Positions 29,388-48,901 of a stretch of 64,000 nucleotides of DNA are shown piece by piece. Both the position numbers and the translations under genes were made by a program. Numbering within the stretch: position 1 is the first letter of the stretch; each line of letters starts with the position of its first letter. Under the pieces are notes generated by a model. That model saw only the letters and a program-made list of their open reading frames with translations, did no database searches and was not told the DNA's origin. Location of the stretch: NCBI GenBank assembly GCA_037447605.1, contig CM074817.1:62001-126000 (forward strand). The letters run 5' to 3'. The stretch comes from Zygnema circumcarinatum SAG 698-1b. Its lineage: Eukaryota > Plantae > Zygnematophyceae.

Positions 29388-32157
29388 ATGGGTTCCTTTA
29401 TGAGGCTTTGTGAAGCTCGCATCTCTCATCTGTCCCTTCCTCCTCCCTTGTTTCAGCTCAACAACAAGCGAACACGTGAAGACAGTTCCTTAAACTCGTG
29501 CAGCAATGTGGGCGCTTTTTCAATGCAACAGAATGAAATATTTCAACAAACAGCAGCTTCAACAAGCTGCATTTTGGGGCCATTTAGGGAACAAAAATGG
29601 AACGATTTGAGAGCTGGCAAGAGAAGCATTAGGAGTAGTAGAAAAAGGCAGTTTTTTCCTTCAGAAGTAGCTCCTGCTGTGACCCACAAACATCTATTTT
29701 TTCGATGCAATGTAAGTCACACGCCTGCTGCCTCAACTGACGAAGGAATTTCCGGATTATGGAGCGTTATTATTCCCACATATAATCGGCTTCCCATTCT
29801 GAAAAAGTGTTTGAAAGCTTTGGAAGAGCAAAGCGATGGATTAGTTGAAGCAGGAGTGAAGGAGTATGAAATAGTTGTTGTAGATGATGGGTCGACCGAT
29901 GGAACAGTGGAATTCCTTTCAGAAAACAAAGCAGCTTTTCCTCATTTGAAGCTGTTCAAGCAGCAGCATGGAGGCGCTACAGCAGCGAGAAATTATGGGA
30001 TGTCTGCTTCTAAAGGATCGACGATTGTGTTTATTGATTCAGACATGGTTGTTGCAAAAGGTACATTTTTCATTTGATCTTTTGCCCCTTTTTGCTTCGA
30101 TACCATCTCCTCTGCATTCATGTTTGAAGAATTGATGAATTATATATGATTTCCTTACAACTATTGCGAGAATAGTAATGCCTTCAATGCATTCATGTGT
30201 TTATGCTTCGGTCGGACTGACTGTAGTTAAACTTTGGTGGGTTTTCTCTCTCTCGCTCTCTCTATCTCTCTCTCTCTCCCTCCCTCCCTCTCTCTCTCTT
30301 TCTCTCCCCCTCTATCTTCTCCCCAAGATTATGGATAGTTTTTCCCAAAACAGTCGGCAGATTGCCTGTTCCTTGTATCCCAACAAACGCCCCCTGAAAC
30401 CTGTAAACAGACGGACTTATCATTCTCACTTTTTCTCACATCATCTCCCTTTTCTCAATCCCTTTCGTTCCTTCATAATAGGCCAAGTTCTTCTATCCCC
30501 AATGCTGCATGTATTTGTTGGTCTAACCCTGTTATTATAAGCTATTACTTGCTCCAATTCTTCTTAGGCAAATGGGATCACTCTCAGGGGCGATGCAGAC
30601 TTTCTCAAATCGCACGCTTTGGCTCTAAGAGCAGCTTATGCCATGGACGGAAACGACAAAGCCTTTTCATACGGCCGAGTAGTGAATACTGCAAACTTTG
30701 ATGATCCCCAATCTGAGAAATTCAAAATAACAGTGAGCTTCCCACTTTTTGCCGGTTTTTAGGATTTCTAGGGATTGTTTTTTAGGGTTTTTTAAGGTTC
30801 TTTTTAATGATTTTGTAGGATTACTGTAGTTCGCGCTGCTGAATTCATGCTCCACATCTTTTCTGCACTTTTTCGCATTCGAAAAAGAGGCAGTTTGCTA
30901 TGTATGTAATCCTCAAGTCTTTCTGACCTTTTGTCCCACTTTTCTATACCATTTTTCTTTTCATCTTTCATTCTTCTCAGAGAAAGTAATCCAAACCTAA
31001 TCCAACTCCCCCTCCTTCTGCAATACAGGACTACTCCGCTGCTTTTTTCGCGACTGGCAATGTGGCGATTTCAAGAAAGAGGCTTTTGGCTGCTGCTCTC
31101 CTATTGTCTGGAAACTCTACCTCTCCTTTTGATGCTGATTTCAGCGAATATGGATGGGAGGACTTAGAGCTGGGAGGTCAGCCCCATCTCATTTTCTAGT
31201 TAAAATTTCTTTCCTTTGGGTGATTATAGCTGAGATTTTCTATAGTTGATACTACATGCTTTATTTGTTGCTTTGGGTTATGAGTACTTAAGAGTAATAA
31301 TTTGAAGTAAAAGGGTTTTTTTTGTTTTTTCAGAGAGGTTGAGACAACAAGGGGCTCGGATAGTTCACTGCCCTGATGCTGTTGGATACCACTTCCATCC
31401 TGCCTTCTCTTTGAACCAGCTCCCTCACCTCATTGAGCAGGTAAGCCTTCTAGAAGCTTTTCCACTACTCTCTCTCTCTTCCTCTCGCTCGCTCTCTCTC
31501 CCTCTCCCTCTCCCTCTCTCTCCCTCTCTCTCCCTTTCTCCCTTGTTCCCCCCCTCCCACTTCTATCTCTCTCCCTCTCCCTCCCTCGGCCGCTTGGCTG
31601 CAGCTCAGCTTGTGCAGAGGCTGATGTTGAATGAAGGAAGATGATTGGATCATAGGTCGTAGAGAGCAGGTGTGAGATAGACAAGAGTTAGACAGGTTTG
31701 AAAAGACTTCTGGTTAGAAGTGGCGAACAAACCGAAGGTTAAGAGCAGCTGGATGTTTCTTGTAGTTATGGCGGGAATAGGCATATTTCCTTCCAAGCAG
31801 AAGCTTCGGTATTTACCTGCAAGGAAAGACTATGAGGAGGAAGGTGGAAAAAGAAAGTTTCTGAACTTCTTGAATGGTGTTGTGAATGTTTAGGAGCGAC
31901 AGCGAGGTCGAAATGGAGTTCGATTTTTCCGTAAACATCCGAATCTGAACGTCCGGCTTATGATCCAAATGACTCCTTTCCACGAGCTTCTGTGGGCTCT
32001 CCTCACTTTGAATGGTCTGCTTAATGAGAAGACAATGGAGCCTCTTCTTCGAGCCCTCGTGAACAGAGGGCAGTGGAGACTCGCACTTGGTTTACTCTCG
32101 CCAGTATTGAACTGGCACACTGTGCAGGCATTGAAGGAAGAACTTAGAAAAGTGTGA
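29388..32157 (+). CDS. Family 2 glycosyltransferase of cyanobacterial type with an N-terminal extension (putative plastid transit peptide)
   Basis: Five phase-compatible exons: SVIIPTYNRLPILKKCL, VVDDGSTDGT, ARNYG, FIDSD, SYGRVVNTANFDDP, DYSAAFFATGNVAI, YGWEDLELG, AVGYHFHPAF, RKHP..VRLMIQMTPFH..LNEKT. About 120 aa of Ser/Arg-rich sequence precede the domain. Confidence 0.88.
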
Positions 32158-32478
32158 ACATCTTGGAAATGGACAATGTCTAAACTCTTGGAGTCTTGAC
32201 GAGGTACTAATGAATGTATCAAGCAGAGAGCTTCAAGCTTGCCTCAGCCAGATTCTATGCAGAGTATGGGATGGTGAGATAATTCACCCTTAATAATGGA
32301 ACGTTTCGAAGGCAGTCAATGCACAGACACTTGTTGAACTTGAGAGTAGCTCACTCTGTCAACAAACGCCATTGTATGTTCCCAGTGGCATTAATACTGA
32401 GAATTTCTTTGTTTGGGTCTCTAAATTTCGGAAATTATAGAAACTAGTGAGTTCGTGAACAATAAAGAGCTCTTTCCC

Positions 32479-32488
32479 NNNNNNNNNN
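32479..32488. other. Assembly gap (10 N) next to poly-C
   Basis: Run of n in the sequence. Confidence 1.
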
Positions 32489-32849
32489 CCCCCCCCCCCC
32501 CCCCCCCCCCACTTTGAATTCCAAGACTCCAGAATTCCAGCTCACCATGCTTTAGGAATTCTGAATTTGCGAACCCGAAATTCGCCGAGTATAGAGTTCC
32601 GGGTTTGAGTTTTTCATCATGTTGTTCTTGTGCCATACAAACGCATCGAACGCCACAAAACAACATACGTGCAGATGAAGCTCAAGAGTAAGCCTTCAAC
32701 AACAAGTGCTTGCACACACAGCTCAAGAAGAGACAAGAGCGTTCGAGGTTCCATTTTTTAAGGCCGCCAACCCCAAGCCTCAACCGAACCCCAACTTGAC
32801 TTCTCCAGAGCTCCTCTGCCCTAAAGTCCTAAAACAACCCCTACAAAAC

Positions 32850-39605
<6,756 letters not shown>

Positions 39606-40613
39606 GGCCGGAAGCTGCTTAGCTTGAGGGCTCGCCTTTGTGGTGATACGAGGAGTAGAGAGAGAGAGAGAGAGGGAGAGAAAGGGAGAGAGAGAGGAGA
39701 GGGGGGGCGGAGAGAGGAAGCTTTTAGGGTTAGGGTTAGACGTTGACCCTTGCAAATGCGTTTTCACTGGTTTCGTACCATTCTAAGAGTACGAAAACGT
39801 ACGAATGTCGTACATGTACGATAAGGGCATGCGCTGGAGGCCGGTCGGACCAACCATTGGATGGCAATGGTTAGACTGCCAATGGTTGGAAACCATTGGA
39901 CGGCAATGGTTCTCCAATGGTTGACATTCCCGTTGGACAACCATTGCCGTCCAACGGTTCCGACCATCGCCAGCATCGGCAACCAATGGTTGCCAAGGAT
40001 TGCCTGTCATGTCATGGCCATCCTTGCCTGGCATGTCATGGTCATCCATGCATGTCATGGCCATCCATGCATGTCATGCCATGGCATGACATGGCATGCC
40101 ATGGACCGGCCGGCGCCCTCCTTTGGGCCACCCGTCGGGCTGTCCGTCTGTCCGCTTCACCGGCTTCCGTCCCTCCCCTCCGCCTGCGACTGCCTGCTGT
40201 GGCCAACCCTAATTTGCTGGCGGGAGGGGAAGGGCGGAGGGGGGGCGCTGAGCTTTAGGGTTGCCCCGCACTTTACCTCCAGAGTTACGTGAAGGGAGCA
40301 GCAGCTTACTTTCTCCTTGCAGGACTGAGCAGATTTCATTTTTCTCTGTTTCTGCGATTTGGAATCTGAGGGTCGCTCTCTCACTCTTTTTTTTTTCTCT
40401 CTCTCTCTGTGTCCCTCTCTCTCTTTCTCTCTCTTTCTCGCTCTCTCGCCACTCCCTTCCTTCGCTCTCTCCTCTCCTCTCCGCCCTCAGCTTCCGCCTC
40501 CCCGCTCCCTCCTGTTCTTTCTCTTCATCTCCCGCTCTCCTCCCTCCTGTCTCACTCCCTCCCTCCCTCGTCTCCCCCTTCAAAACCAATCCAGAATAGC
40601 GTAATCTCAGGCC

Positions 40614-41965
40614 ATGGGCAAGAGCAAAACAAGAATCAATCTCTTCTTCTTTCTCCGCCGTTTGAAGTCAAAGAAAAAGAAAGAAAGTCAAAGAAAGAAG
40701 GCGTCCCTTTTTCCTCCCCCAGCTGACTTAGACAGAAACCCTAAAACTCCCCACGAGGTCTCTCCCCCCACGGATCCCGTTTTTTCTGAGAGAGAATGCC
40801 CTGCAGAATTCTCTTTAGAATGCGAGTCTCTCATTCCTGGCCTTCCTCCTGAAATCGCCTTAAGCTGTATTGCTAAGCTTCCGACTTCAACAAGAATGCG
40901 ATTAAGGGGTGTGAGCAGAGCTTGGAGAGATCAGTGTTGCGGTGATGCGATTAATCAAGCACGTGCTAAAGACGGGTTTCTTTTGGATCCCTGCTTCATC
41001 TGCAAGTGCCCTGTAATGGAGGTGCAGCAGTTCATGAAGCGGTAGGGACCCTCTTTTCCAATTCTTTTGTCGGGGTTGGTCACCATCCCTTTTGAAATTG
41101 TGCCGTTCATTTTTGTGAAGTTATGTGAACGGATGTTGGTTGATGTGTATAAACTGGAGTAATGCTGTCCGGTGGTATGGCCGGTTGATGTAGTGAATCC
41201 GTTTTGTTCGACAAGATTGGACTATGTCTCTCTTTGCACACAGTCTCTCTCCCTCTCTCCACTCTCCTATTTTCTTTCCTTTTGGACCATTTATTACGCA
41301 TTCAAGTGAAGTTTTGAAGTGAAATCTTGAAATTGTAGAATCTTGAATGCATTCCTTTCAATGTTGTTGGGTACTGGAAGCCCAAAAACTGTGTCACTCC
41401 GTCTCTCACAGGAAAAAGACTATATAGGGATATATTTTCTCCAAAGCATCCCATTCATGATGTTGTCATCTTGTTGAATGCGTTAGTTCATTGTTCACTT
41501 AGTGCAAGAGAAGGCCTACAGTCACACCACAGATTTCTGAGCTGCATATGTTTGGGCGATTGCAGCTCCACTTTCAACCTCAGTTGCTGCGAGTCATGGC
41601 GGACAAGGACGACTGTCGAATACTTCAGAAAAAGGTTTAACGTCGATAAAAAATCGGCTTTCGATGTCCAATATTTGGAAGCCTATGCGGAGGAGGAGGA
41701 GGATCGAATAGTGAACTGCCTCTCTAAGCTGCGGCAGCAGCTTGTAAGCAATGAGAAATTTGAGCCTCCAAGAAATGACACGGAGATGTATAAGGCGGAG
41801 ACGAAGCACCACAGAGAGGTATACGGGCACCTCCATGACATGCGCGCCCAGATCCGTTTAGCGGGAGAGGACATTCATCAGGGGAGCTTTTGGAAGTCTC
41901 GATTTCGGTTGCCCCAACTTAGTTCATGGGACCATGACGTGATGCTGTTCTTCTTCATCATGTGA
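40614..41965 (+). CDS. F-box protein with an unrecognised C-terminal region (two exons)
   Basis: Exon 1 (40614-~41041) contains LIPGLPPEIALSCIAKLPTSTRMRLRGVSRAWR. The donor CG|gtag joins cag|C at 41566 in phase with the 41471-41965 ORF. Confidence 0.7.
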
Positions 41966-43842
41966 GAGATGCTTGGGGAGTCTTGAAGGGTAAGGGATGT
42001 AGTATAGGATCTGAGATCTGCTGTGAGTACCTTAGACTTCAGATTAGATGGAAGCTACTAGTACTTCGAAAGTTCGAATGTTGATTAAATTGAGTTCTTG
42101 TGGATAATTTGTTCAGAGCAGAGCCCTTGCGGAAGGCGCATTCCGCTCCTTACCCCATAAGAATAGCCCTCTTTCTCTGTCCCCTTTACTTCCTTTTTGT
42201 GGCCTTTTAATGTGGCGCATCCAAAGTCTCAATGTTGCCTGCTTTTTATGATCCTTCTTCATATCTCCAATGCATTCTAATGCATCATGCGTATTTGCAT
42301 GATGAATGACACGGCATGGCACGACTCGGATCCTGTCATTAGATGTAATGTCAAGGCCTCCTTGTCAGGTGTATCCTTTCATGTCAACTCACGTCTCCTT
42401 TGGCACCCACATTCAAACGTTTTTCAGGACTTTTCCTCTTTCTCTCCGTTCACAAACTCAATAGACGTGTTCAAAGGCACCAGAACAGAGCGAATTCCAT
42501 CCGTTGTTTTCAAAAACCTTTGTTGTCAGTAATGCCATTCTCCTTGCTGTGAAACAATAAGATTCAGATTACTGAGCAAAGACGTTGTTTTGTTCAAAAG
42601 CACTTGGCACACCTTTGATCTTTCATTCATCATTTTCATCAGCGAATCGTTCTCCTTGCGACACGTACGACTTTGGTTAAATGATATTGTCATGACACAC
42701 GAGTGGAGTTGCATAGAACGTCTAGCGGAAGATGTCGGATACATATACAACTCATGTAACGAGAGGGAGAAGGAGAGAGGGCGGGAGTGGGAGCGGGAGT
42801 GGAACAAATGTAGAGGGAGAGGGAAAGGAAGAAGAAGAGAGGAAGGGGGAGAGGAAGGTGGAGAGAGAGGGAGAGGAAGAGAGGGAGGAAGAGGGCGAGA
42901 GTGAATGGGCGAGGGGACACGGCGAGGGAGAGGGAGAGAGGGAAAGACGGAAAGAGAGCTCTCACTGCTGACCCGACCTTCATTTATTCAAACGCATTCG
43001 CTCGTTCAAACACTCGCCAGGATGGCCCTGGAAAGAGTATCCCATCCCTCTCCAACGGAACCAGCCCCTCAACAGAACCAACCAGCCTCGCAGGGGCTAT
43101 CCGTACCTTCTTCTCCTCTTCATATCTTTCCCGCTAGTTCCCTTTGTTCCCTTCACCTGCTCACACAGAGAAATCCCTACTTCTCTGTTACCCCTCCTAC
43201 CACCTCTCCCTCTCCTATCGCCACTGTCATCCTACCACCTCTCTGCCTGTGAAAGTCGAGTCTACTACTACCAGGCCTGCACTTCTCTCACAATAATGGA
43301 CTCCACTAACTCTAAAATAGTTCGACTAAAGCTACCCAGACTTCCCTACAGGAGCGCCACAAAAAATGCCCAGAATTTTTCTGCAAGTTTCGGGTACTCA
43401 AGCGATAGCAGAAGTAGAGGAGGGGTAAAAAAAAAAAAGAGAAAAAAAATCTTTCCCCTACAACTGCTTTCTTGAGGTTTGCCGAGTACAAGAATAATAG
43501 TCTTCAAATTTCAGTTCACTTTCTTCTCTGGAAAGAAAAATAGCTCTCTTTATTGCACTGATATTCATTTCATTTCCTCTGTCAACACATAACTTGCTTG
43601 CAACGATGCCCAGAAAATCCGGTCAGGCCTAACCCACCTCATAAAAGCAAAATTGTTCACTCCTGAGAGAGTTGGCACCTGCCTTCCTGTACTCGAATAG
43701 ACTTGCCATGGTTAATCCTTCTTCACCTTCAGCAGACGATTCGAAGTCCAGCTTGCAGAGAACAGTCTTCTCTCCTTCACTCCACTTCTTATCTCCCGAC
43801 TCATATCGATCCCCCCCAACACCCATTGGAGTTGCTACTTCC

Positions 43843-46800
43843 TTACTCTGTCACATTAGGTCCCGTCTTCTTGTTGCGAAAGCTTTCCTTCAATGAGCCA
43901 AACTTCCTGAAACACTGCGCCTTAGTTTTTCCAGGCACAGCTGCTGCTATGCGTTCCCATCTGCATTTCAACAGGGCAGAAAGTTCTTTTCATCAGTATA
44001 AGACCCTGTACAATTGCCTGCTGAATCCCAAAGGAGGTTATAGCAATAATGTCGACCTAAGCTCAGTGAAACAGGATGATTATTTCAAACAAAAATTAGA
44101 GTCCAGATTCTGCTCACCTATTCTCCGTCTCCTTCGGGAATGCTTTCAATGCCTTCACAAGAGCGAGTTCCTGTGCCTCTGACCAACTGGGAGCATCCCC
44201 ATCCCCTCCACTGCTTGGGGAACTCTTCACAGCACTAAGGGGACTCGCACTCTCCTCCTTCATAGTTCCATTCGGTGTCCCTTCACTCTTCTCTTTACCC
44301 TTCTTGTCGTCTGGGGATCTTGGTTCTACATGGTTGGAGTCCACACCATTAGAAGCCTCCTGTGCCTTTCCCTTCACAGCTTTTGCCCCTTTGCTTTCTG
44401 CTCCCTTTACGCCATTGGCTGTCGGAGAGGAGAGAGTCACAGAATCGGCTGCTTCATCCCGTGTGGAGAGTGGGGATGCTATGTCCTTCGGATTCTTACG
44501 CTTCTGCAGAGCATCGCATCAGATGGGCTTTAAGATGTATTCAAGCTAAACAAAATAGGCGCCAGAAAATTATCAACAAGGGCGGGACAACAAGTCGCCA
44601 GAGTCATAAACCTGAGCAATCCAAGCAGTCAAATGAAGAGATGGATAGGCGTGTGAAAAAGGGGAGTGGAGAAGGGAGGGGGGAGGGGATGTGGGGCCGC
44701 TGAGGGCATTCAAAGTAGAGTGAACATGGATACACGGTAAAGGTAAGGAAATTCTCACCAGCAGAAACGAATCAAATGCCTTGGAGTCATCTGGTTTCTG
44801 AAGCAATACAGTCTTCACAGCTTTCAGAATCTCTTCTACAGTTCGTCCTGTGCCAATGTACTCAGAAATAACTTCCCAGCGTTGGCTTGTCCCCTTGGGA
44901 TACTTGGTCAGCCCTTTCCTCAACAAATCTACTTCTTCCTTAGGCCACGGCCTCTCTTTCTTCCCTTCTGCCTGTTTCTTTGCATCTGGCGTTTTACTTT
45001 GCCCCGCCTTCTTTCCGTCAGTTCCTTTCTTTCCGTCCCCTCCCTTCACTTCCGCCCCCTTTGCAACTCCATTCGCTCCACCCTCCTTATGCTCTTTTCC
45101 ACTACTTCCATGCAGAACCCCATTCTGCAATGTGCCACCTGGCTTCGCCTCATTGGGCCTCGGTCCCCCAGAGGCTGCGAACTCCGCATCTGCTGCCTCC
45201 TCTGCCTCCGCATCGCCAGCTGGCACAATTCCATCCCATTGTCCCTCTTCCACAACCACTCCATGCCATCTCCGGAGAGTGATGGCCCTCCTCCCTGCAT
45301 CAGAAAATGTCTCAATGCGTTCGCACAAAGCTTTAATCTGCTCAATATCTAATGAATGGCAAAGCGTTTCAACATGGTCATCAGATACTCCCCAGGGCTG
45401 CGCAATGCAGTCTGTGGAAGCTGTCCTCAGTCGGGACCTCTCTTTTCGCAGCAGCTTCTTCTCCTTCTCCTTCACTTTCCTTAGCTGAGCAGCCTCCTCT
45501 GCTGCTCGCTTATCTTCTTCGTCCTTTCTCACTCTCTCCTCCTCTGCTGCTTTCTTCTCCTCTTCCTCCGCAGCTCGCTTCGCCGCATTCTTCATTTCCT
45601 TCTTCCGCTGCTTCTCCTTTTTCTCATCCTCCTTCCGCTTCGAGATTCGAGGATCTCGTCGATACGCGTTCTCCACCAGAGTCCGAATTCGAGAATTTTC
45701 CTCTTTTTTTGCCTTCTCTCTCAACTTCGAATTTTGCCGCTCCATCCATCTCTTATGCTCCCGGCTCTCTGCCGATTCTATATCAAACTCATCCTCATTC
45801 GGAAACTCTCTCCAGGACTTGAAGCTCCACCAAAAGTCGTAGAATTTATCCACTTCTTCCATTGGGGTGTCGGTATCCCCAGGCATCATGGCAGGCTGGT
45901 GCACAGACCACCTTCCATTTCGCATAAATACAGGTCCGAATACTTTGAAAAATTCTTCGGAGGAACAATCTGAAGGCACGTAGTCATCGAACTCATCCGT
46001 AGAATCGAAGTTTCGGCGTTTCACCGGGTCTGTCAAAACCTCGTATGCTGTCTGAATTGCCTTAAACCGCGTCTCGATTTCTTCCTTCTTCACCGCCTTC
46101 GCCTCCTCCGTCTCCTCCTCAAGAAGCAGTGCAGCCTGCTTATCGGGATGGTGCTTCAAGGCTGCGTCTCTGAACAGTGCAGCAAAATAGAAAACCAACC
46201 CGTTGCAAAATTAATCACAATAGCACAGTATGTAGCTGCTGCTATGGGACCTTTACTAGTGATTTACGAAGAGCAACTAGCAACAGCTCAGCTATGTATG
46301 CATGATAAGTTCATTCGCTTATCGCAAGAGACTGCATAGAAAAAATCAAATTCAAAATAAAGCAAACGTGCTGCTATGTCGACAAAAAGCATGGCTTGAT
46401 CATGGTCGAAAGAAGTCACCATTTAAGTAAAAGCAATCGTGATCTCTGCCTAACATCCTATGGCATGGTTTGGGTTGCATATCAAAATGACGCTTTGCTG
46501 CGACATGGAATCCTGGAAGAAAGGCTACAAAAACAGAAACTATTTTATGAAAGGGACCATTTCCTCTAACCCGCCACCGAGGGGGAACACCTGTCAACTC
46601 CTGCAACTAAACTACAGTAAGAGAAAACATGAAATCACACCTTCAAATACATCAATGACTTCTAAATACTGAAAGGGAACTGACTCCGACCAGAGGAATA
46701 GGGGCGGGGCAGGGGAAAGGAGACACAGAAAAGGGAGAGAGAGAGGGCGAGAGCGAGAGAGAGGGGAGAGAAGCTTACAAACAATACTACTCCACGACAT

Positions 46801-47190
46801 GCGAAGGTAGTTGTGAGAGAATACTCACCGATAAGCCTTCCGAATCTGATCGTCGTTCGCGAGATAGCGGAGGTGAGCAAGCCCGAGCAACGCATAGTGG
46901 TCCTGCTGCAGCCCCTCCTTCCCTTTCTTTTTCGACTTCCCGCTCTCCCACGCGGAGGAGTCAGTTGCAGGAGACGACTCTGACTTCAGCGCCGCCTGCT
47001 CTTCTTCAGCAGAAGGGTCCGCCGACTTGTCAGAAACTCCCCGAAGGCGCAGCGCGGCAGCGTGGAAGAGGTGGCCTGCAGGCTCCTTCCCGTGAGCTTT
47101 CTGAAGCTCAGCCATGGAGGAAAACACGGCCCATCCGCCTTCTGGAACGAGGGCAGGATCATGGCCGATGGTTTTCGGAAAGCGAGGCAT
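43843..47190 (-). CDS. DNAJC2: Zuotin-related J-protein with two SANT/Myb domains (DNAJC2/ZRF1/GlsA family)
   Basis: QQDHYALLGL, LKHHPDK, SDEFDDYVP, FYDFWWSFKSWREF, AESREHKRWMERQN, WPKEEVDLLRKGLTKYPKGTSQRWEVI and WSEAQELALVKALKAFPKE|RWERIAAAVPGKTKAQC. Stop at 43843. Confidence 0.95.
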
Positions 47191-48901
47191 CTTGAGGGAG
47201 CTATGTCGCAAAAGAGTCAGGATTCAGGGGAGTTGGAGAGAGAGGAGAGGCTGTTTTGCAGGAGGAAAGGAGAGAAAGAAAGGAGGCACAGCAGCCAAAC
47301 CCTAATCCTGATCAGGATCAGGAAGATGCTGCAGAAGCTGCAGATTTTTGGAATATTGCTTGATTTTGGTTATGAAATGTTCAATAGATGGTCGAAATCG
47401 ATGCTTAGATTGATCATAATCTCGACTGAAGGAGGCAAAAAGATGAAAATTTTGCGTCTGGAGGAAGGAAATGGAGGCGGAGGAAGGCTGCTGTGAGAGC
47501 TGGCGGAGGCGGCTGAGGGCGCGAAGTGGACCCATGCATCGGAGGGTGGATCGGCGGCTAAAATTGCGGCGATCGAGAAGATCAAGATCAACGACGATAT
47601 CAAAAATGAGGGTTCAAAAATAGTGGGTCCAGGAAGGATGTGGGGGGTCCAACACGAGGTTCATTGCACCTGGACGGAAGGTAAAGATTTCGGGTCGAAG
47701 GTTACTGTAACCTGATTGGCTGGTTGAGATTATACCCCTTTTGTACCCGAACCTAAAACGAAATGTGTGCCAATCCGCATGACGCCATGCTCAAGCATAT
47801 GCTAAAACCTCATATCACCCTCTCGGCTACGACAAGGTGAAACTCGCAGTTCTATGGACGCGCTGTTCAGTAATTCACGATGCGATAAACTACATAAAAC
47901 AACCGTGCGAATTCCACCGTCGTTTAATGGGAATCTAAGATCCAGATTTGCCACATCACACAGATACAAAACACATCTCTTTCTACTAAAAGGAACCGTC
48001 CGATGTGGCATATCAAATCCAAATGATCTAAAGAGATTGTAAAACATGCACTGTAAAAATTCAAGATCTCCTATCGCATCTTTTGAAATCTCCCGCCTCG
48101 AATCTTGTGTCACATAATCAGTCAAACTGTCAACACAATATGAGAAGATACGATGACATAAGACAAAAACGATGACGTCAAGGTACCAAATTCTGCCAAA
48201 ATCCCAGAACCAGATTTAGACGCCGATGGCGGACAGAATCTAAAAACGGCCCAAAATTGCCTAAATTTGCACACGTGGCAAATGTTGTCTTGAGCAACAT
48301 CCAATGAGCACTTGCCACGTAGATATTTCAAATCCTATTGACTACGTGGCGCATTTTCATTGGTCGTAGTAAAGACCAAAAAGTTCGCCCATACTGTATA
48401 TTTGAAGCTCGCCCCATATTCCACGTGGTGGCCCCTGAGTCGCTCCGAGATCCCCGGGACACGCACGCGCGGCGCGACCCACGCTGATTTCGTACAGTAC
48501 GGCGGCGGTCCTCGCCGACGGGGCCGGCGGGCGGGCGCCGACCGCGACTGCGAGTCGTTTCGCGGCTTGGCGCGCTGCGTGTGGGACGAGTAGAAAGCGG
48601 GAGGGAGAGGAGAGGAGAGGGAGGGAGAGCAGGAGAGAGAGGGGGTGAGGGAGGAGGAGAGGGATAAGAGAGAGAGGGAGAGCAAGGAGTTTAAAAAGTG
48701 ATAGGGGGAGAGAGGAGGTGACGGAGAAGGCGTGAGAGTGGGATATCAGGTGAGATTGGGAGATTGGGAATAGAAAGAGAGAGCAGAGAGAGGGGGAGAC
48801 GAACGAGTAGGAGAGTGGGAGAGGAGAGAGGGAAGGCGAGAGGGAGGGAGAGGAAAGGAGCGCAGCAATTAGAGCAGCTGCTGAAGGAAGGAAGGGGGCT
48901 C

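Noticed and set aside
42371-42379. GTATCCTTT U12-type donor (also GTATCTT at the PRP43 intron near 20790), prompted by the U11/U12-25K gene
   Set aside because: The first lies outside any coding exon, the second mismatches the consensus, and no TCCTTAAC branch site was seen.
42110-43250. Possible gene or pseudogene on the minus strand between the F-box and DNAJC2 genes
   Set aside because: Short coding-looking stretches are interrupted by multiple stops and I recognise no homology.
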